DNA of 64,000 nucleotides from positions 39,990,001 through 40,054,000 of the forward strand of contig CM075979.1 of the NCBI GenBank assembly GCA_038087875.1. Reading direction: 5' to 3'. The notes below the pieces were generated by a model. The model ran no database searches and was not told the DNA's origin. It worked only from the letters and a program-made list of their open reading frames with translations. Origin of the DNA: Malacoraja senta (Eukaryota). The number at the start of each line of letters is the position of its first letter. Within the stretch, counting starts at the first letter, position 1. The position numbers and the translations under genes are program-made. Shown piece by piece: positions 36,101 to 48,445 of this stretch.

Positions 36101-39100
36101 GTTGGGGTGTGAGTGTGCAGTGTTGTGGTTTCCGATGATGTTGATGTTGTGGTTGTGGACGTTGTTCCTGTTTCAGGAGTTGTGCTTGTGGGCACCAATG
36201 GGGTCTGGGTAGTTCTTGTGGACTTGGTGGTTGAAGGTAACACAGTAATTTCTGTTACTACAGTTGTACAAGTTGTGGTCAATTCTGGTGTTGTACTTGC
36301 TGGTGTACCTGAGACTGGAGATGTAGAGGGCATCTGCTCTGTTGTAAGTGTAGTGGGACCTGTTGTTGTGGTTGTGATTTCAATGGTATGAGGGGTTGTT
36401 GATGTTGTCTCTCTGGCTGGAGATGTGGGGGTCGTGTGTAGCTGTGTTGGTGTTGTGGGACTTCCTGTGTTGCTTGTAGAAACGGTGAAATATGGTGTGT
36501 TTGTTTCTGTGCTTGTGCCAGTTGATGGGCTGTGTGTCTGTATTGTCGTGGTTTCAGTTGATGTTGATGTGGTCGTGGTGGATCCTGTTTGTGTTTGAGG
36601 TGTTTTGGTTGTGATCACTTCTGTAGTTTCTGTAGTTCCTATTGACTTGGTGGTAAATGGTGTTTCAGTAGATTCATTTTTTACAGTTGTGGAAGTTGTG
36701 GTCAGTTCAGGTGTGGAACTTTGTGGTGTTCCTGACACTGGAGATGTTGTGGTTGTGTGCTCTGTTGTCGGTGAAGTGGAACCAGTTGTTCTGGTTGTGG
36801 TTTCAATTATATGAGGGGTTGTGGACATTGTTCCTGTTTCAGGAGTTGTGGGGCTCGTATGTAACTGAGTTGGTGTTGTGGGACTTCCAGTTGTGGTTGT
36901 AAAAGTGGTTGAAAGTGGTGTTTTTGTTTCTGTTGTTGGGACGGTTGTTGGGGTGTGAGTGTGCAGTGTTGTGGTTTCCGATGATGATGAGCTTGTGGTT
37001 GTGGACGTTGTTCCTGTTTCAGGAGTTGTGCTTGTGGGCACCAATGGGGTCTGGGCAGTTGTTGTGGACTTGGTGGTTGTAGGTAATTCAGTAGTTTCTG
37101 TTAGTTCAGTTGTACAAGTTGTGGTCAATTCTGGTGTAGTACTTGCTGGTGTACCTGAGACTGGAGATGTAGAGGGCATCTGCTCTGTTGTAAGTGTAGT
37201 GGGACCTGTTGTACTGGTTGTGATTTCAATGGTATGAGGGGTTGTTGATGTTGTCTCTTTGGCTGGAGATGTGGGGGTCGTGTGTAGCTGTGTTGGTGTT
37301 GTGGGACTTCCTGTGTTGCTTGTAGAAACGGTGAAATATGGTGTGTTTGTTTCTGTGCTTGTGCCAGTTGATGGGCTGTGCGTCTGTATTGTCGTGGTTT
37401 CAGTTGATGTTGATGTGGTCGTGGTGGATCCTGTTTGTGTTTGAGGTGTTTTGGTTGTGATCACCTCTGTAGTTTCTGTAGTTCCTATTGACTTGGTGGT
37501 AAATGGTGTTTCAGTAGATTCATTTTTTTCAGTTGTGGAAGTTGTGGTCAGTTCAGGTGTGGAACTTTGTGGTGTTCCTGACACTGGAGATGTTGTGGTT
37601 GTGTGCTCTGTTGTCGGTGAAGTGGAACCAGTTGTTCTGGTTGTGGTTTCAATTGTATGAGGGGTTGTGGACATTGTTCCTGTTTCAGGAGTTGTGGGGC
37701 TCGTGTGTAACTGAGTTGGTGTTGTGGGACTTCCAGTTGTGGTTGTAAAAGTGGTTGAAAGTGGTGTTTTTGTTTCTGTTGTTGGGACGGTTGTTGGGGT
37801 GTGAGTGTGCAGTGTTGTGGTTTCCGATGATGATGAGCTTGTGGTTGTGGACGTTGTTCCTGTTTCAGGAGTTGTGCTTGTGGGCACCAATGGGGTCTGG
37901 GCAGTTGTTGTGGACTTGGTGGTTGTAGGTAATTCAGTAGTTTCTGTTAGTTCCGTTGTACAAATTGTGTTCAATTCTGGTGTAGTACTTGCTGGTATAC
38001 TTGAGACTGGAGATCTAGAGGGCATCTGCTCTGTTGTAAGTGTAGTGGGACGAGTTGTGCTGGTTGTGATTTCAATGGTATGAGGGGTTGTTGATGTTGT
38101 CTCTCTGGCTGGAGATGTGGGGGTCGTGTGTAGCTGTGTTGGTGTTGTGGGACTTGCGGTTGCGGTTGAATGTGGTGTTTTTGTTTCTGTTGTTGGGACG
38201 GTTGTTGGGGTGTGAGTGTGCAGTGTTGTGGTTTCCGATGATGTTGATGTTGTGGTTGTGGACGTTGTTCCTGTTTCAGGAATTGTGCTTGTGGGCACCA
38301 ATGGGGTCTGGGTAGTTCTTGTGGACTTGGTGGTTGAAGGTAATACAGTAATTTCTGTTAGTACAGTTGTGCAAGTTGTGGTCAATTCTGGTGTTGTACT
38401 TGCTGGTGTACCTGAGACTGGAGATGTAGAGGGCATCTGCTCTGTTGTAAGTGTAGTGGGACCTGTTGTTGTGGTTGTGATTTCAATGGTATGAGGGGTT
38501 GTTGATGTTGTCTCTCTGGCTGGAGATGTGGGGGTCGTGTGTAGCTGTGTTGGTGTTGTGGGACTTCCTGTGTTGCTTGTAGAAATGGTGAAATATGGTG
38601 TGTTTGTTTCTGTGCTTGTGCCAGTTGATGGGCTGTGCGTCTGTATTGTCGTGGTTTCAGTTGATGTTGATGTGGTCGTGGTGGATCCTGTTTGTGTTTG
38701 AGGTGTTTTGGTTGTGATCACTTCTGTAGTTTCTGTAGTTCCTATTGACTTGGTGGTAAATGGTGTTTCAGTAGATTCATTTTTTACAGTAGTGGAAGTT
38801 GTGGTCAGTTCAGGTGTGGAACTTTGTGGTGTTCCTGACACTGGAGATGTTGTGGTTGTGTGCTCTGTTGTCGGTGAAGTGGAACCAGTTGTTCTGGTTG
38901 TGGTTTCAATTATATGAGGGGTTGTGGACATTGTTCCTGTTTCAGGAGTTGTGGGGCTCGTATGTAACTGAGTTGGTGTTGTGGGACTTCCAGTTGTGGT
39001 TGTAAAAGTGGTTGAAAGTGGTGTTTTTGTTTCTGTTGTTGGGACGGTTGTTGGGGTGTGAGTGTGCAGTGTTGTGGTTTCCGATGATGATGAGCTTGTG

Positions 39101-42100
39101 GTTGTGGACGTTGTTCCTGTTTCAGGAGTTGTGCTTGTGGGCACCAATGGGGTCTGGGCAGTTGTTGTGGACTTGGTGGTTGTAGGTAATTCAGTAGTTT
39201 CTGTTAGTTCAGTTGTACAAGTTGTGGTCAATTCTGGTGTAGTACTTGCTGGTGTACCTGAGACTGGAGATGTAGAGGGCATCTGCTCTGTTGTAAGTGT
39301 AGTGGGACCTGTTGTACTGGTTGTGATTTCAATGGTATGAGGGGTTGTTGATGTTGTCTCTTTGGCTGGGGATGTGGGGGTCGTGTGTAGCTGTGTTGGT
39401 GTTGTGGGACTTCCTGTGTTGCTTGTAGAAACGGTGAAATATGGTGTGTTTGTTTCTGTGCTTGTGCCAGTTGATGGGCTGTGCGTCTGTATTGTCGTGG
39501 TTTCAGTTGATGTTGATGTGGTCGTGGTGGATCCTGTTTGTGTTTGAGGTGTTTTGGTTGTGATCACCTCTGTAGTTTCTGTAGTTCCTATTGACTTGGT
39601 GGTAAATGGTGTTTCAGTAGATTCATTTTTTTCAGTTGTGGAAGTTGTGGTCAGTTCAGGTGTGGAACTTTGTGGTGTTCCTGACACTGGAGATGTTGTG
39701 GTTGTGTGCTCTGTTGTCGGTGAAGTGGAACCAGTTGTTCTGGTTGTGGTTTCAATTGTATGAGGGGTTGTGGACATTGTTCCTGTTTCAGGAGTTGTGG
39801 GGCTCGTGTGTAACTGAGTTGGTGTTGTGGGACTTCCAGTTGTGGTTGTAAAAGTGGTTGAAAGTGGTGTTTTTGTTTCTGTTGTTGGGACGGTTGTTGG
39901 GGTGTGAGTGTGCAGTGTTGTGGTTTCCGATGATGATGAGCTTGTGGTTGTGGATGTTGTTCCTGTTTCAGGAGTTGTGCTTGTGGGCACCAATGGGGTC
40001 TGGGCAGTTGTTGTGGACTTGGTGGTTGTAGGTAATTCAGTAGTTTCTGTTAGTTCCGTTGTACAAATTGTGTTCAATTCTGGTGTAGTACTTGCTGGTA
40101 TACTTGAGACTGGAGATCTAGAGGGCATCTGCTCTGTTGTAAGTGTAGTGGGACGAGTTGTGCTGGTTGTGATTTCAATGGTATGAGGGGTTGTTGATGT
40201 TGTCTCTCTGGCTGGAGATGTGGGGGTCGTGTGTAGCTGTGTTGGTGTTGTGGGACTTGCGGTTGTGGTTGAATGTGGTGTTTTTGTTTCTGTTGTTGGG
40301 ACGGTTGTTGGGGTGTGAGTGTGCAGTGTTGTGGTTTCCGATGATGTTGATGTTGTGGTTGTGGACGTTGTTCCTGTTTCAGGAGTTGTGCTTGTGGGCA
40401 CCAATGGGGTCTGGGTAGTTCTTGTGGACTTGGTGGTTGAAGGTAATACAGTAATTTCTGTTAGTACAGTTGTACAAGTTGTGGTCAATTCTGGTGTTGT
40501 ACTTGCTGGTGTACCTGAGACTGGAGATGTAGAGGGCATCTGCTCTGTTGTAAGTGTAGTGGGACCTGTTGTTGTGGTTGTGATTTCAATGGTATGAGGG
40601 GTTGTTGATGTTGTCTCTCTGGCTGGAGATGTGGGGGTCGTGTGTAGCTGTGTTGGTGTTGTGGGACTTCCTGTGTTGCTTGTAGAAACGGTGAAATATG
40701 GTGTGTTTGTTTCTGTGCTTGTGCCAGTTGATGGGCTGTGCGTCTGTATTGTCGTGGTTTCAGTTGATGTTGATGTGGTCGTGGTGGATCCTGTTTGTGT
40801 TTGAGGTGTTTTGGTTGTAATCACTTCTGTAGTTTCTGTAGTTCCTATTGACTTGGTGGTAAATGGTGTTTCAGTAGATTCATTTTTTACAGTTGTGGAA
40901 GTTGTGGTCAGTTCAGGTGTGGAACTTTGTGGTGTTCCTGACACTGGAGATGTTGTGGTTGTGTGCTCTGTTGTCGGTGAAGTGGAACCAGTTGTTCTGG
41001 TTGTGGTTTCAATTATATGAGGGGTTGTGGACATTGTTCCTGTTTCAGGAGTTGTGGGGCTCGTATGTAACTGAGTTGGTGTTGTGGGACTTCCAGTTGT
41101 GGTTGTAAAAGTGGTTGAAAGTGGTGTTTTTGTTTCTGTTGTTGGGACGGTTGTTGGGGTGTGAGTGTGCAGTGTTGTGGTTTCCGATGGTGATGAGCTT
41201 GTGGTTGTGGACGTTGTTCCTGTTTCAGGTGTTGTGCTTGTGGGCACCAATGGGGTCTGGGCAGTTGTTGTGGACTTGGTGGTTGTAGGTAATTCAGTAG
41301 TTTCTGTTAGTTCAGTTGTACAAGTTGTTGTCAATTCTGGTGTAGTACTTGCTGGTGTACCTGAGACTGGAGATGTAGAGGGCATCTGCTCTGTTGTAAG
41401 TGTAGTGGGACCTGTTGTACTGGTTGTGATTTCAATGGTATGCGGGGTTGTTGATGATGTCTCTCTGGCTGGAGATGTGGGGGTCGTGTGTAGCTGTGTT
41501 GGTGTTGTGGGACTTGCGGTTGCGGTTGAATGTGGTGTTTTTGTTTCTGTTGTTGGGACGGTTGTTGGGGTGTGAGTGTGCAGTGTTGTGGTTTCCGATG
41601 ATGTTGATGTTGTGGTTGAGGACGTTGTTCCTGTTTCAGGAGTTGTGCTTGTGGGCACCAATGGAGTCTGGGTAGTTCTTGTGGACTTGGTGGTTGAAGG
41701 TAATACAGTAGTTTCTGTTAGTTCAGTTGTACAAGTTGTCAATTCTGGTGTAGTACTTGCTGGTGTACCTGAGACTGGAGATGTAGAGGGCATCTGCTCT
41801 GTTGTAAGTGTAGTGGGACGAGTTGTACTGGTTGTGATTTCAATGGTATGAGGGGTTGCTGATGTTGTCTCTCTGGCTGGAGATGTGGGAGTCGTGTGTA
41901 GCTGTGTTGGTGTTGTGGGACTTCCTGTGTTGCTTGTAGAAACGGTGAAATATGGTGTGTTTGTTTCTGTGCTTGTGCCCGTTGATGGGCTGTGCGTCTG
42001 TATTGTCGTGGTTTCAGTTGATGTTGATGTGGTCGTGGTGGATCCTGTTTGTGTTTGAGGTGTTTTGGTTGTGATCACCTCTGTAGTTTCTGTAGTTCCT

Positions 42101-43217
42101 ATTGACTTGGTGGTAAATGGTGTTTCAGTAGATTCATTTTTTTCAGTTGTGGAAGTTGTGGTCAGTTCAGGTGTGGAACTTTGTGGTGGTCCTGACACTG
42201 GAGATGTTGTGGTTGTGTGCTCTGTTGTCGGTGAAGTGGAACCAGTTGTTCTGGTTGTGGTTTCAATTGTATGAGGGGTTGTGGACATTGTTCCTGTTTC
42301 AGGAGTTGTGGGGCTCGTGTGTAACTGAGTTGGTGTTGTGGGACTTGCGGTTGTGGTTGAATGTGGTGTTTTTGTTTCTGTTGTTGGGACGGTTGTTGGG
42401 GTGTGAGTGTGCAGTGTTGTGGTTTCCGATGATGATGAGCTTGTGATTGTGGACATTGTTCCTGTTTCAGGAGTTGTGCTTGTGGGCACCAATGGGGTCT
42501 GGGTAGTTGTTGTGGACTTGGTGGTTGTAGGTAATTCAGTAGTTTCTGTTAGTTCAGTTGTACAAATTGTGGTCAATTCTGTTGTAGTACTTGTTGGTGT
42601 ACCTGAGACTAGAGATGTAGAGGGCATCTGCTCTGTTGTAAGTGTAGTGGGACGAGTTGTACTGGTTGTGATTTCAATGGTACGAGGGGTTGTTGATGTT
42701 GTCTCTCTGCCTGGAGATGTGGGGGTCGTGTGTAGCTGTGTTGGTGTTGTGGGACTTCCTGCTGTGGTTGTAAAAGTGGTGAAATACTGTGTTGATGTTG
42801 AATATGTTGTTCTGGATGTTATGGGGCTGGTTGTTGTGGGTATGGGGCTGGGCAAGGATGATGGGCCTATGGTTGTTGTGGTTGGCTCTGGTGTTGTTAT
42901 TGGAGGTTGGCAAATGTAGTCACAGCACTGTACCTGTATTTCATAGTCAAAGCACTGTTTGAATATATGTTGATCCTTGTTTCTGCATGTCAGCCCAAAG
43001 GAAACATTGCACTGCACTATCTGGTCGAGGTCTTCGAGATCCACGTTTGGTGCATGTGATGCTCTGCACTCAATCCTGCTTGGAGCATCGCAGTGCAGGT
43101 GTCCATGCTCATTGATTTTATCATATGTTTCAATATCACCTCCGCCGTAACCATGTGTCGGTTTGCTTACACTTATCCATTTGCTCCATTCGCATTGTTC
43201 CACGATCACACAAGTTG
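27147..43217 (-). CDS. Giant mucin central exon (16,071 bp): CysD + PTS tandem-repeat domain
   Basis: Within 5381-aa ORF; cacag acceptor at 43218-19, gtaag donor at 27146; CysD motif (CEWSKW...GGGDIET...CFDYEIQVQCC) at ~42910-43212. Confidence 0.95.
27600..42760 (-). repeat. Coding tandem array: ~36 monomers of 411/423 bp (23 A-type, 13 B-type) with 1251/1257-bp and 2103-bp higher-order repeats
   Basis: Spacing of recurrent antisense ORF starts: 411, 846, 840, 831 bp. Confidence 0.93.
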
Positions 43218-43419
43218 CTGTGGAGTTATGAAAAGATACATTCATTTAATTAAAGCAGTGTTATGCAGCAATTGAAGATGATTTCTTATGCATGGTTCTG
43301 CAGCCAGTATACGTTACTTATCAGAATAGATGCATCATATTTACAAATATATTATAGTAATCTCCTCTTGAGAATCATCAGTTATGTAATCTAGGGCTAC
43401 TGCTATGACATTCTGCATA

Positions 43420-44520
43420 ATCAATACCCCCTCCTCTTTTACCCCCAACTCTCCTGTAGCACCTTGACCCTGAACATTAAGCTGCCAATCCTGTCCCTCT
43501 GTCAGCCAGGTTTCCATAATGGCTACAATGTCCCAGTCACACGTGTCTATCCATGCTCTGAATTCATCACCTTAAGGGCCTGTCCCACTTGGACGACCTA
43601 ATCCATGAGTTTAGAAGACCTTAGACGAGTTGAAAAAAATGTCAAAGTCGTGTTGACTCACCGAATTAAAAGACCTCCTACGACTATGTCTACGACCACC
43701 TACGACCCCCCTCGACCTCAGTCCTCCACACCTAAGACCAACTACGACTAGCTATGAGTGGACAATGATCACATGATAATATGATGTCATGTTAGCATTT
43801 TTTTCTCGGGCCAGTTACCGACCTACGACTACCATCACGACTACCATCACGACCTACTACGACCTACCTACAACCTACCTACGAGTGAAAGGTATCAATT
43901 TTTTCCATGCCAACCTTTTTTTTACTCGTGGACATTTTTTATCATGCTGGAAAAACCTACTTGAGGCCACGAGTAAGCGGAGACCACTCACGAGCATGAG
44001 GAAGAGTTACGAAGACCTCCTACGACCTCCTACGACCATGCAGCGAGTATGAGTCAAGGGCAAACTTGTCAGAGGTCGCCAATTAGGTCGTGAAAGTGGG
44101 ACAGGGGCTTTACCAATCAAGCCTCTCGCATAAAAATGAATACAATTCAATCTAACAGTCCTTCTTCCCGCCCTGCTGTGCTCCTGCCTATTCTGTGCAC
44201 TGAACTCTTTTTCATCATCTTCATTATCAACTACCAACCTCTCCACTGTCACAGCCCTGCATTAGATCACGGCCTCCTGCCAATCTAGTTTAAACCCACC
44301 CTGTGTAGCACTTGCAAACCTGCCTACCAGGATATTGGTTGCCCTTCAGTTCAGGTGCAATCCATTTCTCTTGTACACATCACCTCTGCCCCAGAAGAGA
44401 TTCCCAAGGTCCAAAAGTCTCTGCCCCCTACATCAAATTCCCATTCTCGCATTAATCGGTACTTTCTTCCTATTCCGACCCTCACTATCAGCTGGCACCA
44501 GGAGCAATCTGGAGATCACT
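43420..44520 (-). mobile_element. CR1 5' portion (ORF2 AP-endonuclease start) split by a MITE
   Basis: LNCIHFYARGLIGK | ..WDIVAIMETWL. Confidence 0.72.
43575..44109. mobile_element. PIF/Harbinger-like MITE inserted in a CR1 endonuclease region
   Basis: TIR agggcctgtcccactt / aagtgggacaggggct; TTA TSD; internal ctacgac repeats. Confidence 0.85.
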
Positions 44521-44795
44521 GATGAAATATATTGTTTCGACACACTGAACTTTACATAGGAGTTTAAGCCATGGAGGAGTCACAGCCACCAGCGCTGGTA
44601 GGACTCAGGTCGGGTGTTACCCACAGGAACACTGTGTCCTCATTCCTTGCGAGTAATAAGGATTTAGTGAATTCTCTTTTGATTGCTTTCATTTAATTCC
44701 CTTTGTCATCCAATAAGCTGAAATCTTGTAGACCTGACAGATCGAGATAATCAGTGCTTAGTTCCTTCACATTCCCGACATTTCAATTTACTTAC

Positions 44796-44846
44796 AGGTC
44801 AACGGTTTGCTGGTTGTGGAGAAAGATGGCGTTGATGTCAAAATCA
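44796..44846 (-). CDS. Mucin short Ser/Thr exon (VILTSTPSFSTTSKPLT)
   Basis: tttctgcag/gtaagt, 51 bp symmetric phase 1. Confidence 0.75.
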
Positions 44847-45049
44847 CTGCAGAAAAGAAATCAATAGACTGATTTAAAAAATGTGCAGGTCATTTCCGAA
44901 TAGTGTAAATGAATTATGTAAACATCTGTGAATTGGTGTTTAAATGTATCACTCTGTTACATTTTGGTCTTGGGTTAGTCTGCACACTGGTACAAATGGC
45001 TAACGAGGTATTCTGGTTGCCATTGTCCTTGCTGAACTTACCCTAAGAC

Positions 45050-45780
45050 CATTAGACATAGAAGCAGATTTTGGCCATTCAGCCCATCGAGACTACTCCA
45101 CCAATCAATCATGGCTGATCTGTTTATCATCTCAACCCCATTCTCCTGCCTTCTCCCCATAACTTTTGACATTAATCAAGAATCTATCAATATCTGCTTT
45201 AAAAATACTCAATACATTTGCCAGGGCCTTCTGTGGTAAATGATTCCACAGATCCACCACCCTCTGTCTGAAGAAATTCCTCTTCATCTCTATTCTGAAG
45301 GTATGTCATTTAATTCTGAGGCTGTGCCATTTAAGGCTCGACCCTCTCATTACTGGAATCTTCCTTTCCAACTCAACTCTATCTAGGCCTTTCATTATCT
45401 GGTAGATTTCAATGAAATTCCCCCTCATTCTTCTAAACTCCAGCGAGTACAAGTCCAGAGCCTTCAAACACTCCTAATACACTAACCCCGTCATCCCTGG
45501 GAACATTCTTGTAAAACTCCTCTGGACTCTCTCCAAAGCCAGCACACTCTTCCTCAGATATGGAGCCCAGAATTGCTCACAATATTCCAACTGTGGCCTC
45601 ACCAGCACCAGATAAAGCCTCAGCATTACATCCTTGCTTATATATTCTAGTCCCCTTGAAATGAATGCTGGCATTGCATTTGCCTTCCTTACCGCCGACT
45701 CAACCTGCAAATGATCCTTTTGGGAATCCTGTACCAGCACTCTCAAGTCTCGTGGCACCTATGATTTCTGAATCCTTTCC
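45050..45780 (-). mobile_element. CR1 LINE 3' fragment
   Basis: ORF 45474..45758 LVRPQLEYCEQFWAPYLRK. Confidence 0.88.
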
Positions 45781-45950
45781 CCTGCCTTACAGTGCCAGGT
45801 ACCCAAGTTTGATCCTGACTACGGGTGTTGTCTGTACAGAGTTTGTAAGATCTCCCTGCGACCGCATGGGTTTTCTCTTGGTGCTCTGGTTTCCTCCCAC
45901 ATTTCAAAGACATGCAGGTTTGTACGTTAATCGGCTGTAAATTGTTCCCT
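45781..45950 (+). mobile_element. Partial V-SINE-like element
   Basis: B-box region plus V-domain. Confidence 0.7.
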
Positions 45951-46261
45951 AGCAAGCTACTAACAACTAGAATAGAAATCTGCCAACAAAATTAAAACAT
46001 AAAGTACCTAAAATAATTAAGTGTGAATCAATGATTGAAAACATTGATTCACACAATGCAAATTCCCTGAAGCCTACATCTCCCATGCAGTTTGGTCACT
46101 CATAAGATCATATGTAATAGGAGCAGAATAAGGCTATTCGGCCCATCAAGGCTACTTGGTCTACTCCGCCATTCAATCATGGGTGATCTATCTCTCCCTC
46201 CTAACCCTGTTCTCCTGCCTTCTCCTCATAAACCCTGACACCCATGCTAATCAAGAATCTA

Positions 46262-46353
46262 AGATAGACACAAAATGCTGGAGTAACTCAGCGGGACAGG
46301 CAGCATCTCTGGAGAGAAGGAAGGGGTGACGTTTGAGGTCGAGACCCTTGTTC
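46262..46353 (-). mobile_element. Short Penelope-derived insertion within a CR1 3' end
   Basis: 13-bp TSD aatcaagaatcta. Confidence 0.8.
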
Positions 46354-46845
46354 AATCAAGAATCTATCTAGATCTGCCTTAAAAATATCCATTGACTCCA
46401 TTGACATGAATGAACCTCTGATCCCAGGTCCAATTTATCACAGGCTCAGCGAGTCAATTGCCTGGGCAATAATTGGGAGATTTCAGGAAGGCAGCATTCT
46501 GTTGCTGGATTCCGTGAGATTGCAATGAGGTTCTCCCAAGAAGATTTTGACTTCTGCATTCGGGTGACGTCATCTGATTTTTCACTCCAGTCCTTCATGA
46601 AAACAGTTTCACACCATTGCTTGACTAAAACTGTTCATTGATGGACTTCCGACTGTCTCTCTGTTGCAGAATCCCCTCTCTGCAATCCCATTTCTCTAAT
46701 CTGCTAATCATTTGCACACTTCATGAATTCAAAGTTGTCTGCTTATCTGCGGCAAATCCAGTATTTATTCCGAGAACAGAATTGCACCTTGGCGTGACTT
46801 TTAGTGGTTTACTTGTAAAGTAAAAAAGGTTAACAGGAAAGTTAC

Positions 46846-47037
46846 CTGCACTAGCGGTGATTGAGGATGACGGTAATGGTGTTGCTGTGGTTGTGGGACT
46901 TTCACATGACACAAATTTTCTAATAATTGTTCCGTTGTCCGCACAGATTGCTATGACGCACTCCCCAAGGCCATCAGTTATATAGTAGATAATCTCATTC
47001 GGAAGATACGCCGTGCCATTATATATACAGACACAAG
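46846..47037 (-). CDS. Mucin exon (ACVCIYNGTAYLPNEIIYYITDGLGEC...ITASA)
   Basis: cacag/gtaac, 192 bp. Confidence 0.9.
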
Positions 47038-47135
47038 CTGTGAAGAGAATTTACAGGATGATTTGAGTCCCTTCATGTGTAATATTATTCTAAAATGAAT
47101 AATTTATTTGATAGGAGAATTAAATGGACACTTGC

Positions 47136-47179
47136 CACTGCTGTCATTCATGCATTTAATGCCATCTGGTGTGCACAGG
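47136..47179 (-). CDS. Mucin 44-bp exon (CLCTPDGIKCMNDSS), probable GC donor
   Basis: poly-T-cag acceptor; phase 2 to 1 needed to join neighbours; donor G|gcaagt. Confidence 0.78.
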
Positions 47180-47496
47180 CTGAAAAAAAAATGTTTATTT
47201 GTTTTTCTAAGAGTTTAGCATGATGGTAGTGAATACAAAAAATGGTACTTTAATTTATGTGCATTATCAAGCCTTTGGAAATTTCCAAATATTTCATAAC
47301 TTAAAAGTAGAGCGCTGCTGGATATACATGCAAAACACACTTTGCACATGATTGTGGAATCAACACAAACAGCTAATGGCTGACTATGCAATATACGGAA
47401 TATTGACTGGCATCACAAGGATACTGCTTGAGTAATCACAAGGAGTAGTTTACATTGCCATTTTGTATCAGGCATGCATTTAGAGCAGGAATCATA

Positions 47497-47770
47497 AACA
47501 TAGAGTCATAGAGTGATACAGTGTGGAAACAGGCCCTTTAGCCCAACTTGCCCACACCGGCCAAAATGTCCCAGCTACACTAGTCCCAACTGCCAGCATT
47601 GGGTCCATATCCCTCCAAACCTGTCCTATCCATGTATCTGTCTAACTGCTTCTTAAATGTTGGGATAGTCCCTGCCTCAACTACCTCCTCTGGCAGCTTC
47701 TTCCATACGCCCACCACAGTTCGTGTGAAAAGGTTATCCCTCAAATTCCTATTAAATCTTTTCCCCTCTT
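47497..47770 (-). mobile_element. CR1 LINE 3' end
   Basis: VVGVWKKLPEEVVEAGTIPTFKKQLDRYMD. Confidence 0.85.
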
Positions 47771-48052
47771 GATCTTGATCAATTATCTTGATCAATTGGC
47801 CGTGGGCTAAGGAATGGTTGGTGGAATTTAACGCAGAAAAATACATCCTAATTCATAGATTTAAATGATATTAGTTCAGTCTAGCATGAAAGAGCTTGTA
47901 TCATGCTAGACTTACACAGCAGGGAAACAAGCCCATTGAACCACGGAGTCTATGTTGACCATCAACCATATACACTAATCCTATATGAATTCCATTTTAT
48001 TTTTACTTTATTGTACAGTATAATCCCATAGTTTATGAAAATCAAACAATAC

Positions 48053-48194
48053 CATTTTTCACAGTTATTGGTGGTTTCTACAGTTTCATTAATTTCATAA
48101 TGCTTTCCATTTTCATAACAGCCGCATTCAGCAACGCATTGCTTCGTATGTTCATCAAAAATAGGTGTTTCCTCCGGACATTTAGGGTAGCAAC
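48053..48194 (-). CDS. Mucin exon: TIL-3/E3 (GCYPKCPEETPIFDE...NNCEKC)
   Basis: cttag/gtattg, 142 bp. Confidence 0.92.
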
Positions 48195-48445
48195 CTAAGA
48201 AAAAATTCCACATTTATAAGGGTGATAAGGAGAAATTGAAACTCAGCATAGGACAGAGCAAAACTCAGCAAAAGATGGCTGGAGCTCGGTCGTGTGGCCA
48301 TCTTTTGGGAGAGAAACTAGTGAATGTTGTGAGTTCAAGTCAGGAGGTATAAGTCAAGAAGTCATGATGCCACTTCATAGGACTTTGGTTAGGCTGCATT
48401 TGAAGTATCATGTGCTGTTCTGGTTGCACCACTGCAGGAAGAAGG

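Noticed and set aside
27236-42919. Dozens of Val-rich or Trp/Leu-rich plus-strand ORFs
   Set aside because: Antisense shadows of Thr (ACN) codons in the mucin repeat, broken by periodic stops.
27100-43245. 5381-aa ORF as a standalone single-exon gene
   Set aside because: Its ends (MNVSFHN, GKLLVLS...) run into introns; splice sites at 43218 and 27146 join it to flanking exons.
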